The notes beneath the pieces are model-generated. The model searched no databases. It was not told the origin of the DNA and saw only the letters and a program-made list of their open reading frames with translations. A stretch of 64,000 bases of DNA. Origin: Marsupella aquatica (Eukaryota > Plantae > Marchantiophyta). The stretch is taken from positions 19,410,857 to 19,474,856 of the forward strand of contig OZ316893.1 in NCBI GenBank assembly GCA_973895155.1, given 5' to 3'. Below are positions 37,601 through 52,300 of this stretch, one piece after another (position 1 is the stretch's first letter; the number at the start of each line of letters is the position of its first letter). The translations under genes were made by a program, and so were the position numbers.

Positions 37601-39730
37601 TTATTTCATTAGACTTTACTCTCCAGCTTTTCCTTCTAGGATATATATGCTTCAGATGGTTTTTCAAAACCCCCTCACCCAGGTTTGTATTGAGTCAGGA
37701 AGTTGAATGCACTTTTGAAAGCATGCATTGAGTCAGTAGGGACCCTAGTAGTTGAATGCATTTTTGAAAGCATGCGATCCAATCCCGATCCAATGTGAAA
37801 CACCAATGCAGCATTGACAATGAAAAGAGAGAAACTATGAAGACACTAGAGAAAAAACTCAGATCACAAATGACAATTTGAGGTTTGTCTGCAAATCTGG
37901 CTCCATTGATTGCTCTAGTAATCTCCACTAGGCAGAGCATGCCTTGCGATGGAATTTTACAATCAAAATGGGGAACTATTTGACAATGACTTTAGTTCGC
38001 AACTTGAAGGTTAAATTCCAAAAATGGTGAGTCCGTCTGACTATGGATTGATTGCTTCATCCCTCCACTACAAGTAGTCTTTTCAATGAATTCTCCTTTG
38101 ACTTTTCATGTTGGGACCAACCCTAGTTAGACTCAAAGAACTTCTATGACAGAAAAAGGGATAGACAATGAGCCACAAGCAACTTGAATTTAGAAAGGCT
38201 TTTAACTTGTGGTATGAGGCGAGAAGTCTGAAGATTTTGAACTCATTATGTTTATGGGTTTAAATACCTTATTTTACCTCCTATGCGACATTAACCTTTG
38301 TTCAAAATACATATGTAAACACCTCTTAGGAAATGCAAGTGAGAAAAGAAAACATTGCTTTGCAGCGTCCAACACAACAGCTTGAAAGGAAAGAATTTTT
38401 TCATTTTCATTTTATTTTTAAGAAACTAGTGTTTTCTATATCTTGAGCAAGTTTGGGCAGGCTAAGGGCTGCTCAGGCAGTGACAATTGCATTGAAGGGG
38501 GTATGGATGGATAGATTTGACCGTGCCAGAAAAGCATTTTTTGATGAAGTCCTAGGATTAGTTCCTATTTTTATCTGATTTCATAAAAGAACGATTGTAG
38601 TTTATGGCAGGATAAGGTATTACAATAGTACATATATTTTAGGTCAATTAAGTGTTTAACTTTGGGTAGTAGCCCCCAGAGCCTGAGTTCTCCTTTAATG
38701 GGCTACCTTCAAGGGCCCACCAAAATTTATGTGGATTTACGAGGGTGGGATATTATGCATGTTAAATGATGTTCATGCATAATCAATTTTATTAAAATTC
38801 AAAGGATGGGCATTCAAACTCCTGACTTTGAATCCCCAAATATGAATCATTTACAAGTAAACTCAAGCTTCCAGGGTTACTAACCCCAATCCAGAGGCCT
38901 AGACCCCAACTTTAGCTTCTTGTCACATCACAATTAGTTATATAGATTCGTTCAAAATTAGAAACACCTGGAATATATGTTAAAATGCGAATCCCCACAA
39001 CTTGTCCAGGAGCCAGACCCCACTATGTTACACACTAAACAATTAAGAGTTTTACAGGACATTCGTCACAAAAACATCATGTTACAATAGAGCCTCCCCA
39101 AGAGTTTTTACTCACAAGGGACCCCACGAGCCTCCACGGGAGCTTTACTCAGAAAGGACCCCAATATATGTCTCACGATAACATCCCCCAGAGGTATCCT
39201 CATATACGAGCCCGTAATTATAGAGAAGAGGGGTAAACCAAGGAATCTCGTGTCTTACAAGCAGCCGTCAGGTTTAGGTCAGAATGTCCAATCCAATATA
39301 ATCATCAAAAATTCTGTCATCGCAGTGCAAGATACTCGATTTCATGCAATGGGTGCAACCTTGACGTTCACGGGCAAAAGGGGGACAATTCTTGTCTCCA
39401 CGGAAAGTACCCGTCCGGTTTTCTGTATAAAGCTTCCTTACCACGGAAGACTAAATGCAGACTAAATAAATTTATGAGGATGCTATGAATGCGTCAATCT
39501 ACTTTTCATAACGATAGAGTTCAAAAGCCATCCAAAATGTGAACTTTAAAGCTTGAACCTACACATTCACATGTTCTCATCGACTCATCTACTTTTCGTC
39601 CGATTCTCGGAAGCTGGGAACGTGAAGCCTCCAAATTGTAGAAAAGAGTCTCAGCCCTTTAACTGACTCAGTGACTTATCTCCACATACGCCTCAATTCC
39701 TTCAGATACATTTTAAGATAAGCCTGTGGA

Positions 39731-39760
39731 GGTCTGGTCTGGTCTGGTCTGGTCTGGTCT
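39731..39760. repeat. (GGTCT)6 microsatellite
   Basis: Six perfect ggtct units. Confidence 0.95.
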
Positions 39761-40265
39761 GATCAGAGATCTGCTATTGAGTTGAGAGTGTTCCTCTGAT
39801 CCGTCGATATGTGTATTCACAGAATGGCTTCCCTCCCAGGGAAACTGAGTAATTACATCCCCGATTCAAAAAGGAAACGCTGCTGTCAGAGGGAGCACCT
39901 CAATGACTAAAAATACAACTGGTTAGGTAGCAGCTTGAAACAAACCAGCAAAGCGCAAATTGCGCTTCATTGTCATAGGAATTCAAGGGACTATCGATAC
40001 TTCTTAACCTATTAACTCAATCATAAAACACGGCTTCCGCAGTGACTGACCAATTATCGGGTCAAAACACATGAACTAGTGGATGCTCTCAAGAAGGGGT
40101 ATTTGCCTGAGGACCCCACAACATAAGAATCGGTTGAGGGGAAAAATCTTGGCAGGACTTGGATCTCCAAAGAAGTTAACTCATGAAATACTGATGCCTG
40201 GTGCTCCCCAGCAAGGAAAGAATGAAATTCTCAAATTTTAAATAATATACACTCGGAATCGTCCC

Positions 40266-43200
40266 TCATGTTGGAAACATTTTGGCCCGTGCAAACATCA
40301 CTCCTGCAAAAAGGCCTACATGGTAAACACAATGTGGTTAGAATCGGCATGAGAGCAGCAAGCTTGATGTGCCTGCTCAAGGATGGTTTTAGTGAAGACG
40401 ATTGACTATCCTGGAATTATCTGATTAACCCATACACAGGAAGCAACAAAACTCACACCATTCTGCAAGAATTCAGATAGAATTGAAATAATAGCACCCT
40501 CATTATACGGAAACAAACCAATTGCGAACTTACCAAAAAAGATGCTCAACATGTTAGGAAAAGTAGTAGGTACTCTGAAAAGAACAATGCCTGCTAGAGA
40601 AAGGGGGATCTTGTTCAAGGACCCCACCAAGCTGCAAAAAGAACATTTCAATCCGTCAAAAAAAAATGTTGCTTCATGTTAAAAGAAATATTAACTGGCT
40701 ATGTTACTTTGCAATATCCACTCATCATTCCAACAAACATACGGGACAAAACAAATCCTAGCTGGACACAGTATTTTGTGTTTTCACACTATTGAAGGTA
40801 TTAACAAGATCTGAGAGGGCCGAATTCATATTGATGAGTGAGCGAAGAGTGCCTGTGTGTGGTAGGGCTCGTCATATGCATAAACCACATGGAGGAGAAG
40901 CTGATAGCTAGCCCAAGCATCCCACTTAACGTTACCACTGCCCAGAACATGGGGAGCTTGATTGCGGGTCTGCGGAAAGAGCAATTTGGAGTTCCAGTTA
41001 GAACACTTCAGGTGCTAATCATATGCAACCTGCCACGTTCACTTTTTCACCATCGGTCAAACGAACAAGAAAATTGATGCAAGGACATCGGGCAACTCCT
41101 CACTCCATAGCTTCATCTTGACTGGTGAAGGAAAAACAAAGCTTAGATGCAGTACCAGTTATACTACTGTGCAAAATATCTCGAAACGGTTCAACTACTT
41201 ACGAAGTGATTAAACTTTGAGTCTCGAAAATGCAGATAAGTGCAAGACCAAGCGGAAGTGATAGCAAATTGTTCAATAGCACCATCGAAAACTCGTTCAG
41301 CGTTCCTGAGCTGGTTTTCCTCTTTGCTATATCCATAACCTTTCTTAACCTCAACTGCAAAAAGCATAAAACACCTTAGCTCCTCTATAATCTATGGATT
41401 GATTCCAAGAAGAAAATGTTAATTCATATTCCAGTGATTAAAATTTCAAGACTAAACTAGATTTCAACAAAAAGGATTCGTCAAAGCTTGCAACGGGGAT
41501 AGGCAATGATAACAGGTTCTGCACCTTTTAACAAGATGTTCAAAAAGCTTATTACCATAAGTGTCTCGGCCAGCAGCAGTACAAATTAAAGGCAGAGCAG
41601 TACCCAACACATTCGAGAGGTATCGCCTAAAAACAAAACACCTAAGGGCAGGAGGGCTATACCACAATGGAGTGGCCGCTAGTGCGTCTAGGACAACAGC
41701 AGCCAGTCCATTAAAAAAACGTATAACATTCAAACCCAAATAAAACAGGTTAGTACATACAAGCTGCTTACCGAGTAGGCTGCTGTGCAGAAGCAGTTTA
41801 TGACCTGCCAAGCATAGCCCTGCCTTTGAAACGAGAGATCTGTCACTCCGCCACTAAAAGCTGATATAACCTGAATAATATGAGCAAACCCAAACGGCTC
41901 CCTTAGTTTTTTCAAAGAAGAGCAGCCACCAGAAACATGCCATGCAGTGACTAAAACAACTCTCGGACCATTGTTCATTACTATACCTTGAGGATGTAAC
42001 TTATTACATACTCTACTAGGACAAACACATCTAGCATTCATATCGGGACTCACATAGAGACAAAAACATTTTCATTTTATTTGAAGGACTCTTACCATGA
42101 GAATGAGAGAAAGCCAAACTGTACTATTGTGACGCTTGCTGAAAAAGTATATTTCACCAACTGCGGTGATGAGATTTGTCACATTCTTCAAGATTGTCAC
42201 CATTGCTACATTCATCAGTCGCAAACTGCCATCAAGTTCAACTGTATTATTAAAGTTTAAAAATTTTACGCATTAGCAAAAGGATGTCATCGAACAGGAT
42301 CTGTAAAATGGTGGATAACTTCGTAAGAACATCAAAGTTCTTTTTTAACGGCCCCTGGTAAGTTTGAAGGATTCACGGCAAATGTAAACGACCTTTTTCT
42401 AATTTACACATCTGATTTCTAATTTCATAACGACATACGTAATGAAACCTTTGGAGAATATCCACAAACATTTGACACTTTAAATATGCAGGTGCCACAC
42501 TTTTTCGACCTCGGAACAACACTACATGACTGTGATCTAATAAACTGATGCCGCTTGCCACCTAAGTACTGATCCTGCTCTTAGAGCCCTTGAAGACTAA
42601 TGTCAACATGACGCACACTAGACAAATTTTAGAATACATCCCGACCCTGGTTTAAGAACAAGAATCAATGTTACTGATCTGAATCATAGACAAAGTCTGC
42701 TCTAATTGAAAATAAAACAGAAGGAGAGGAAAGGAGAGGACCAAGGAAAGAGAGTAAACACCTGAAAATACTTGTCACCAGCATACCAACAAAAAGAATA
42801 TTCACTGGAAACCAAACTTTGACAAGTCTCCAGGTGATTGGCTCTGTCGTGATCACCCCCGTCGTACTTAGAAAGTAAACAACCAGTACACTAACCAGAT
42901 TCTGCACAATGCAATCAAATATTTTCAAGACCGTCCTCATAAAGTTCATTAATTTCAGATTTGAGGAGCTTGCGCTCTGCCGCGGAGCTAATAACTTTCA
43001 AATCGGGCTATGTTGTCAAGCTCGGGAATCGGCAGCTGAAAGAAGGATACAGAACACTCATCACTGAGGTTTTTAATTTACTTTTTCAACCTGAACTTGA
43101 AGAGGGCTTTTGGTAGAGGTAGCAAAAAACTGCCACGATTTCCATTGCTGAATTATGGTAGGAGACATACCTGATAGAACATCAGAGATATTCCAGCATT

Positions 43201-43470
43201 GAACTGATATCCAGACAGAACGACCTTGTTGAGTAAGATCATACTGCAGGAGGCAACGCAATAGGAAACGCCCGAGATAAGTGATTGATGCCGAGATGCT
43301 ATGGACTGCCGCTCACGAATCACAGGCTTTTCGCGTACTAAGGGCTGCTTTTCCACCTCTTTCTCCAGTTCTCCTACTTCCACATCTGGTTCGTCCATTG
43401 CAGGGAAAACGCGCTGCCCCTTCAAGGCCCTGCTGAGACGCGCAAGGGCTTTGGAAGTTACAACATCCAT
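40266..43470 (-). CDS. GONST1: Golgi GDP-mannose transporter (GONST1/2 family), 8 coding exons
   Basis: Spliced peptides: SGVSYCVASCSMILLNKVVLS..NAGISLMFYQ / WFPVNILFVGML / VAMVTILKNVTN / GGVTDLSF..GYAWQ / LNEFSMVLLNNLLSLP / GLAISFSSMWF..PTTHS / LVGSLNKIP (GDP-sugar GXLNK motif) / GLFAGVMFARAK. TGA at 40266-40268. An alternative start lies at ATG 43398. Confidence 0.92.
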
Positions 43471-45618
43471 CGGTGATTAATTTCGATAGAGCTACGGAAA
43501 AACCTGCTATCACACCCTAGAAAGCGAAATTACTCCAATACTCCCGACCAAAACCTCTAGATTCAAGCGAAGAGAGTCCGCTCAGTAACAAGCTCGTTGA
43601 TCCGGGCGAGCTTCCAGACCAGAGTTAAACTCGTCCTTCTTGTGCAGAGTAAGTGCAAATCGATGTCCTATCCTTTCTACTACAACGTAATTGACTGACG
43701 CAGGAGGCATCAGGTACGATGTCTCCCTCGCTCCCGCTCAATAATAAACGGTACAGAAGTGAAGAATGAACCAAGAGAGGCTAGACCAGCCAGGACACAA
43801 GAAGAAGAAGATACAATTATAATTCTTAGTTACGCAGCTGTAACACTGATTGAATGAGATAGATGATTACCGCAGGATAAAGAGTCAAGAAATGGACTGC
43901 ATAATGTCAACCACCACGAAAGGGGGGAAGAGGAGGGGCAGGAGCACGAGAGGGGCCGGCCACCTCCACCACCACCGCCCCCCGGCTCATGGCCACGAGA
44001 ATGTTGGCACGATCGTGGACGAAGGTCTCAAGATAATTACGCACGTACAATCCGTTCACCTCTCCCCTTCTTCTACAGGGCCTTCAAGATCCCGCATGCG
44101 CAAGGCTCACACTTTTGCTTCCCTCCACTGCTTTCTTGAGCATTGCTCCTCCTTAACGTCTTCGCTACGTTGAAAAGACTACTTCTCGTCGACCAGTTTA
44201 CTCTGCAATACTACTGTACCGCAGTACTCCATGTTTTCCGTTTCTTTTTTCCTGGCCTCTGCAACTCCTCTCCTCTCCTCTCCTCTCGCTCGCGCGAGCT
44301 GTGCCTCGGTTCACGAGCGAGAACCAGCGGACGCACAACCGAGTGGTCGGTCCATTACTCCATTCCCCCGTGAAACACTTTACTCAACAGTCCTCCGTCC
44401 GCCACTCTCGAGTAACTGGCCCGGTTATCCCGTTCCGTGGCGCTCCTAGCCTCCTACAGTAGTAGTCCTCATGCCTCTCGACGACGTGCGTCAGGGTTTA
44501 ATTGCAATTCCTCGCGGCGGTACTCGTATTGCGATGTCGGTCGTCAACTCACTCGCGCGGGGGAAGGGATCTCGAGTTCCACGAAAGCAGAATCCGAGCT
44601 CGCCAATTTGATTTTGCCATTGAAAAATCCAACGAACTTCGTTCCATTAATGATGATGAGCAGGTACACAGTGCGGGGGAGGGACAATGCTTCACAGGTA
44701 GATCGAGCATGGAACTTGAGGAGGTGTTCACCACCACGCAGCCGCGCCGCACCAACGCTTCGAGTCTTGTTCGAGGTGAATTGAATGTTGACCGCGACAC
44801 TGGACGGACAGCATCACGGCACTGTAAAAGCTTTTACAGGGCTGTACCGTATTCTTTGGAGGGCCGGGGACGAAACGGGGCAAGGTGGCAAGGTATATAT
44901 GCTTGTTGACCCCAAAAATGTTACCAGATGGGACCGACCGTTGATAGACATTAAACCGACGTACCTCAGGGTCCCATCAAGACCCAAGGGCAGGCTAATT
45001 TTAAATCCTTTGGGTGGACCATAAAAGCTTACAGGACTGTAGTTTTTCAATCTTCTCTCGCCAGAGTGACAATTGGCGATTACTAATTTGTGTCACCAAG
45101 GAGATGATACAGTAGTACTGTTCCTTATCTAAATTTCTTAGATTTTTTAATTTTTTCTAACATAATTGCCTTAGATTGAAGAAGAATCATCAGATATTTT
45201 GGCTGATACGCTATGGCATTTTTCTGGGAAATTGGTTGATGGGAAACCCATAGTGAACATTCGTCATTTTAGGTTTGGCAAACATTTTCCACTAAAGAAA
45301 GCGGGATGGGGTTGCCAAATGTTTGGTTTTTCTGGGGTGTGGTCCAGGAACGGGTTCTACTGTCACTGAGTCCACACCAAAGAGAATTGATGCACCACTA
45401 CCCACATCACCGTCCATCTTCTTGTCCCACATGGGACCTGGAGGTGGTTTGAGGGGGACAGTCAACGGTGTTGTCATGTGCTGGGGGCTATCTTAAAAGC
45501 TTGCAATGCAGTTTTTGCAACAACCCCCCTTTTCAACCCCCTTTTCCTAAAAAAACATTGAGGGGGAATAATTGTTAGATAAGGAGAGCTTTTGAGTAGC
45601 TTTGCATTCACCCCCCTT

Positions 45619-45736
45619 TTCCAGCCCCTCATCCCCCTCTGGCAAAGGGGCCATCAACAAGAAGTGCACGGCTGCTCAAGCAGTGTGCTTCATTGTGAGC
45701 TCAACCCCCTTTGCCACAAGGAGCTAGGGATTGAAC
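45619..45736. repeat. ~115-nt imperfect palindrome
   Basis: tggcaaagggg pairs with cccctttgcca, and gaag..cac..ctgct pairs with agcagtgtgcttc around a very short loop at ~45677. Confidence 0.65.
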
Positions 45737-46822
45737 GGAAAGAGAATTAGAGTACTACCTCAAGCAAGTCACTTCTTTTGTTGTTGTCCTGGGATGAGAT
45801 CTGGACATTCTCGCTTTAATTCATCTAGCCTAACACTAATTGGGTAAGATAAACTAAGGACTTTACGGTCGTTTCTATGTAAGGTATGTACTGTAGTTAA
45901 GATATATATAGTGTGTCCATTACGCTTGTCACCTGTGTATTAATTGATTTCACTCAACAATAACTGTTTGTGACAGGGCATCTGAGAAGAGTTATCTTGA
46001 TGCCTTCACTTCCTCTAATGGATTCTCCTGTTTGTGTATCTATTAGCTGATGACATGTTAGGGCCTTCATCTATTGGCCCTCAAATGCGGCCTCAACCTG
46101 TGGTGACTTGAGGGCTCCTTGAGAGCTTCAGAGTTAGAAGTGGATGGCCACTCATCCATGACAACACTCACTTCCGCATACATTTGTGCTACATAGTGAC
46201 CTGTAGCTTACTGCAGAGCTTCAACTGTGTTCACCAAAATTGGTCCTATCTCCTAATTAGTGTTTGTATGGTTAGCCTTAGTAACCATAATTTATCGTTA
46301 CTGAGAGTGGGGGCAGCTTCAGCAGAAAATAAGACTAACTACCACGTGTTTTTCTTTCTAAAGCTATTTTGGGTTGCAATTCTATGATGGAGATCATTCC
46401 TGTTTGTCGAGTCTTACAATTGTTGCACTATCTAAATCTTCTGTTGTGTTCTCTCTCTTGATCTTACTTTTGCACCACAGACAGACTGATAGAAAGTTAA
46501 TTCTTTCATGGATCCATTGGAAAGAATCTTGCTGGGACCTGATCACTGGCAGATCTTTAGGAGAGTGCTCTTCCTATTGTAGTTTCTAAATTACTTGTTT
46601 AGATGTCTCTTCTGAGTCTCAGCTCCTCTTTCTGAGGCTCAGCTTCTCCCCTGGCACCAGTTTCACCTGTTTTTTAGCACTTCGACCTTCAGTCCTCTAG
46701 GTGATGCACTCAATGTGTATGGGTTTTTGAAACATGTAATTTAAACATTGTAGTGCGTTGCTGCCTTGTGAGATCAAGGACATTGCTATCTTGACGAGAG
46801 CCACAATTGTGTCTAGCTGCTT

Positions 46823-46890
46823 GAACTCTAGCCTAGAGAGATGAGAGACTGTGTGAACTCTAGCCTAGAGAGATGAGAGACTGTGTGAAC
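46823..46890. repeat. Perfect ~33-bp tandem duplication
   Basis: gaactctagcctagagagatgagagactgtgt occurs twice. Confidence 0.95.
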
Positions 46891-49374
46891 TGTCTTTAGA
46901 ATACAGACAAAACCGTTTGGTGGTGTTACTTTTGGTGTGAAGAAACCTATACCTGAATCAACGTGAGTAACCCTAAACTGGAAGTAGAAAACTAATCAGT
47001 TATATATCATACTGCCCAAGGGCAAAAAATGCTGAACGGGGAGACATGAAATCAATTATACGTGTTAATTGCATTGAACTTGTTTTGATGTTGATCGACA
47101 TGTGGCTTTGGCTTTCAAGGCAAAGAAATATCCTATTCGGTGAGTTATGCATCGATTTTGAGAATGGTGACTTCAGCAAGATATATTCTATTCACAACAT
47201 TTCATTGAGGACAGAATTTAAATCTTTGAGAGATAAAATCTTGAGTTGTGGGGCCCATCTATATCCAAGGCATACCACAAATAAACAAGATAAATGTAGC
47301 CTTTCACTATTGATATCTGCCTTTTTACTTGAGACTCATACCTCAAATCCTTCACGACAAATCATAAAATATAAATATGAATGATACTAATAAAAAAGTA
47401 GATCTCTTGGGGAAATTTTGGCAAAAGCTTACCCTTGGTCAGCAGCAAGTCGCCAGACCTAATAAGATCTGATGGCGCTCCGTGTGATCAGGAAATTGGA
47501 TGGTACACATGTCCTTCATGGCATGCAACTGGCTCTCTTACTCGAAAGGCAGTCTCCAGTTCTCCACCGGTCGCTTGAAATACGAAGAAAACAATCAACG
47601 ATTGATACATTAAAGACATCGATCATATGTGGATAGGAAAGTGATTATTGGGGAAGGATGTCTGACTTGTCAGGCAAAAACTTCATTTCTCTTTACTTGC
47701 TTTCAAGAGGATATAGTACTAAACAAGGGACCCTAATATCTCATTCAAGGGTTCCTTTGAACCTCCTAGAACCTATTTCCGTTTTCCCTTGTATCCCCAC
47801 TTAATATTTTAGTGGTCTTTGTGGATGCCCACTATTGCTTCCACAGGCTTTTCTGATAGTCATGCAGCAGTTCCGAATTTGGTGAAGTGCTGGATTAAAA
47901 ATTCGTTCCAATTCGCTCCAGTCTGGGCCATCAATTGTAAAAGCTCCTCGTTCGCGGATTGCTACTTATACGTTCTACTAGAAATTTTGGAGCGCTTCTC
48001 TCTCATGCATCCACATTTGCTGAACTGTCTTTGAGTGTCTGACATCCAGCTGACTTGATGATCTAGAGACATTCTCACATTTCCATCAGGGCTAGTTAAT
48101 GATTGACGGGTTTCTTCAAGCCCCAACTTTATGCGTTTCAATCTCGCTTTCTTCGTGCCGTTTTGTGCAGGTAGTATGGTGCTTACTTTTTTAGAGGCCT
48201 TTGAACAGGAAGCTGACGTCCCTTATATGGCAAAGAGCAGCTTCCTGAAATTGAGCAGGTTCCTTCGTTTCGCACTTTCCGGAGTCTTTTCCACCAATTA
48301 AGATCCTGACATCCAGTATGCATGATTATATAGGCGCGAGATTCACTTTCTAACCTTTTGGTGCACCTTTACGAAAGGGTTGACATTTCTGTTACTCATT
48401 CATCCAGGGTGACCTTTTGTTCTTACCAAAAAGCATGCCACAACAACCTTCTGCTAGCTTTCTAGGCACCCTACGATTCTAACGGTGCTCATTCTTAGCA
48501 ACGCCCTTGTCAACCTCGTGATCCTTCTGTGTAGCTTGCTTGGGACAAGGTTTTCACGCAAGCAGGACTATGCAACTTTCTGTTCTTCATGCAAGGCCAA
48601 TAGTTATTTCTTAAAATGAAATCTCTCTCTGGAATGTCCCTTAGGTGATGCGGAAACCCGTCATTCTTGTGGCTGATGACGAAGGCAAATGGCCTGTTAC
48701 CCCGTTAACTCAGACAGAATTGCACATTGAGCGACTCCTGTTCTCACTCCGAGGCTCCTTCAAATGCTCCTACTGCTGTACGAGTTTTCAGGAGCCATCC
48801 AGCCATGATTTTTGCAACATGTATCTTGAGACGTGGCTAAAGTAGGCTAGGCTATAATGGCTCCGTCGCGTTCATACGCTTAATCATATACCTCATTTGC
48901 ATGGTCACAATGTGTTGTGTTGCCTACGATTCAATGATGAAATGTCTGCGTCGCCCGTGACACGAAACAAGTATTGGCTGACTCAATAGGCTTCGACACA
49001 TTCCAGCATGAAAGGAATGATAACAAGATTTTCTATGCTGTTCTCTGATCGTTGAATCTCTTCGTCAAGTATGAGGGCACGGTTTGCAAAGATCTTCCTG
49101 CCTTTGTGTCCATGTTCCCCATGCAAATCCACAGGTTTCCAAAAGCTAGCAAAACCGAGAAAACTTCCACACAAACCTCTCTTCTGACATTGAGGAACTG
49201 GAGAATGCAATCGTGAGTGCCCAGCTCTTTCTCCGTCTGGCAGAAGAAAGCTTTGAATACTTCCGACAAGTTCGACCGGAAGAGAAATGTACACATGGAT
49301 AGCGATAGAATCAATACGCAACTAATGCCAAGCAAACACCATGAAGGGTGCCTGCTCTAATGAATTGAAGGAAA

Positions 49375-52300
49375 TCACAAATGTTTGTGAGCAATCTTTA
49401 CAAGCAACTGGTTCCAAGTGTCTACTGGTCCAGGTAGACACCAGTGCAAACAATCGTTAAAAACCCATTCGTCAGGAGTTTTGCCTTCATACGGATGGGC
49501 TTTATAGTAAGGTCCCGGATGCCCATCTGCCCGCAGCAGTGACAGTGTGCTCACGTCCAGAAACTCTAGGTGCACGTCGTTGTTTAGCTTTCTCTTGTCA
49601 TTGACCATGCGATTGAATTCGCCCACGACAATTTCCCGCATCTCGTTCTGCATTCCTCGGAAAGAGCTCTCCCACTCTTTTCTGTCAAGTGGCCTCTCTC
49701 TTGAACATTGTTCGCCTTCATGAGCCGGATCACGCTCACCGTGAGCGCTGGCAAATGTGCTTAGAATGGCAATGCCTTTCCAATCCTTGGCAACTTTCTC
49801 AAGACCCAATCGCAATCCTTCACTAAATGGTCCTGTAAAGCCAATTTGTGTGATATTTAAATTTGGGCAGTAGTGAGAACCAATCACCTCCCCCTGCCTT
49901 ACGTACACGCTTGGTTTGAAATACCACTGACCCACAGACAACACTATGATATCACAATGTGGCAGCGTGGCCGTAAACGCTGGATCCAGAACATCCAGAA
50001 ACAAAACGCTTTGACCTTTCTCGAAACCCATGATCCCTTCTTGTGATTCCTTCAGGAGATAAGGAGACCAGGCTGCAGCCACGGTCACTTGATATTGTTT
50101 ATAGAAGTACCGCGCAATCAAAGAATTCTCATGTACTAGGACTGGCACCTCCACCTGCAGGCAAGAGCCAAGAATTGTTACTACATGAAAGGGGTAAGAC
50201 AACAACTACAAATTTTCAGATACAGCAGATTCGGCAAAGCACAAATAAGGCTCTGATGGGATTCAGATCTCAGAACCAGTAACCTTCCGCCAAATTAGAG
50301 AGATTTCAACAGTGGATACCAGTCACGGGGCCGGGCAATTCATTAATTTGGCCATATTACCAAGCATAGATTTGAAGGTTTTTTCATTGGTCACAACGTA
50401 AAGTACCAGAGAAAGCATACAGAGCATGGACTGCATCTGGTTGCGCGCCAGAGAATCGCCAATAAAACCGATTGTCTTGCCCCTGAACGCCTCCATGAAT
50501 GCCCTGGAGTCAAATCGTGGCAAGTCGCACCCACGAGGTTTCCATCTCCAATTGAGGTAGTCTGTGTCTGGCCTTCCGTTTGACATGCAATTATGATCGC
50601 CGCGTATATAGAAACAAGTCGAATTCGTGTACAAAGCACCTTCCGGATCGTATTCCCAATCTCCGTCAAAAAGGTCACATTCTCCTGCTGCGATAACATT
50701 CTCCATATGTCACAACCCAGCTTGATACAATTCATTTCTACAGGGAAGTTCGAGTATGTCTTGATACGACCAGTACAGAGTACAGAGTACTCTTTGTCAG
50801 GGTTCAAATCGTCATGTATGCCATTGCTACTATTCGTGGAAGAGGTACAGATAAATGTCTGCTAGAAAGGGGATCGAACCCTAGGGGAGAATTTCTAGTA
50901 AGGCCATTGCCTGGAACCACTGTTTTCCATTGATTCGAAGGAATTCAGAGCTTCCGTTCCTACCCAATTTATAAGTGACCAGACATGGCTTGGATTCATT
51001 TCAGAATGACATCAAGGACTTGACTCTGGAACACACACTTCCGAGAAGTCACAATGAGAAGACGAGGATAGGACAGCAAGTAACATTCGTTTGTTATCAG
51101 GAATTCGACCTTAAAGTGGGTGGGTGCATGTTCACGCTCTGTCAAAGAGCGAAAAATGGGCTAAACCACAAGTGCACTTGGTAGTCCGTTCGATCAGACA
51201 GAGAAATGAATGATCAAGCTTAAAATCTGCGATTGCAGGAACTCGTGGAAAGTTATCATGATAGACCCAATTCGGTATCTTTCACATGAGAAAGGTACTT
51301 GCAGTATGTTCCTTTGGAGTGCACAATTGTGCTGGGAATTAACGGTAAACAGATCTCCCTTCAGAAGCGATCTGCGTACGTTGATCACGATAATCAAAAC
51401 AAGGATCAAGTTCAGGCGGACGAGGCGTGACCTGCTAGTTCGCACATCATTTCTTATCTGCCAAAGCACCAAAAGATGGAACTTTCCTGGATCTCGAAGA
51501 CAAAGGTGCCTAGAACAGTACTTCAACGAAACATGAAGTGCACAAAGGGACGAATGAAGATAATAACTAGAAAAAGAAGATTTTATCGTGATGTGCAAAT
51601 ATGGTTTTCCTAATTCATTCTTGGCTTCGGATCATCCTCCTTTATGCACAAAACAAGGAAATCCCACCTTTGGATGCTCTCGGCTGTGTTTGGCTGTGCT
51701 CAGCTCAACTGTGGCTAGGTATCTACTTGTGTAAGGGGCTGAACCAGCTGTGGATCGTTAGCGACAATACGAAATTTACCAGATGATACCCATTTTATCG
51801 ATGCTATGCGGTTTCTAGAAGCAATTAGTCAAAAAATCTTGTTACACTAAGACCTAGTAATAGAGGTATAGAAATTCAAATTACCTGCAAGAGATGGCTG
51901 TGTCAAATCCTCTCGATATCTTTGGTCAGAATCCTCGGGTTTCTCCTTGTGTTCATTATCCTGATTTTGATCCTCGGTGTTATTGCCCTCATCGGTTGGC
52001 TGTGCCTTTTGCTCTTCAATCTCGCTGGAATTCTTCTCTTCCAGACCTGTTTGTTTGGCATCTTGAGTTTGCTCTACAGCATTTCTGCTCTCGTTGCCCT
52101 CTTTATCCTCAGTTGAGTTATCGGCCTTGCTTTCCTGCTCTCCTGCCTCTCGCTGTTCGTCTTCAATCTTTCTCGGCTGATCAGCCTCTTTTTCTTGTGC
52201 TGCAATCGTTTTCATTTCAGCTTCCCTTATCTTTGTGGCCATCAGCTCCTCTTCGGCATCCCTTTCCTCTGCAGCCCTCCTCTCCCCCTCGGCTTCCTTT

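Noticed and set aside
43041-43050. U12-like donor GTATCCTTCT on the minus strand, of interest given RBM48
   Set aside because: It lies inside GONST intron 1, ~120 nt from the conserved exon boundary that already has a normal GT donor. No U12 intron was needed for any gene model (manual scan only).
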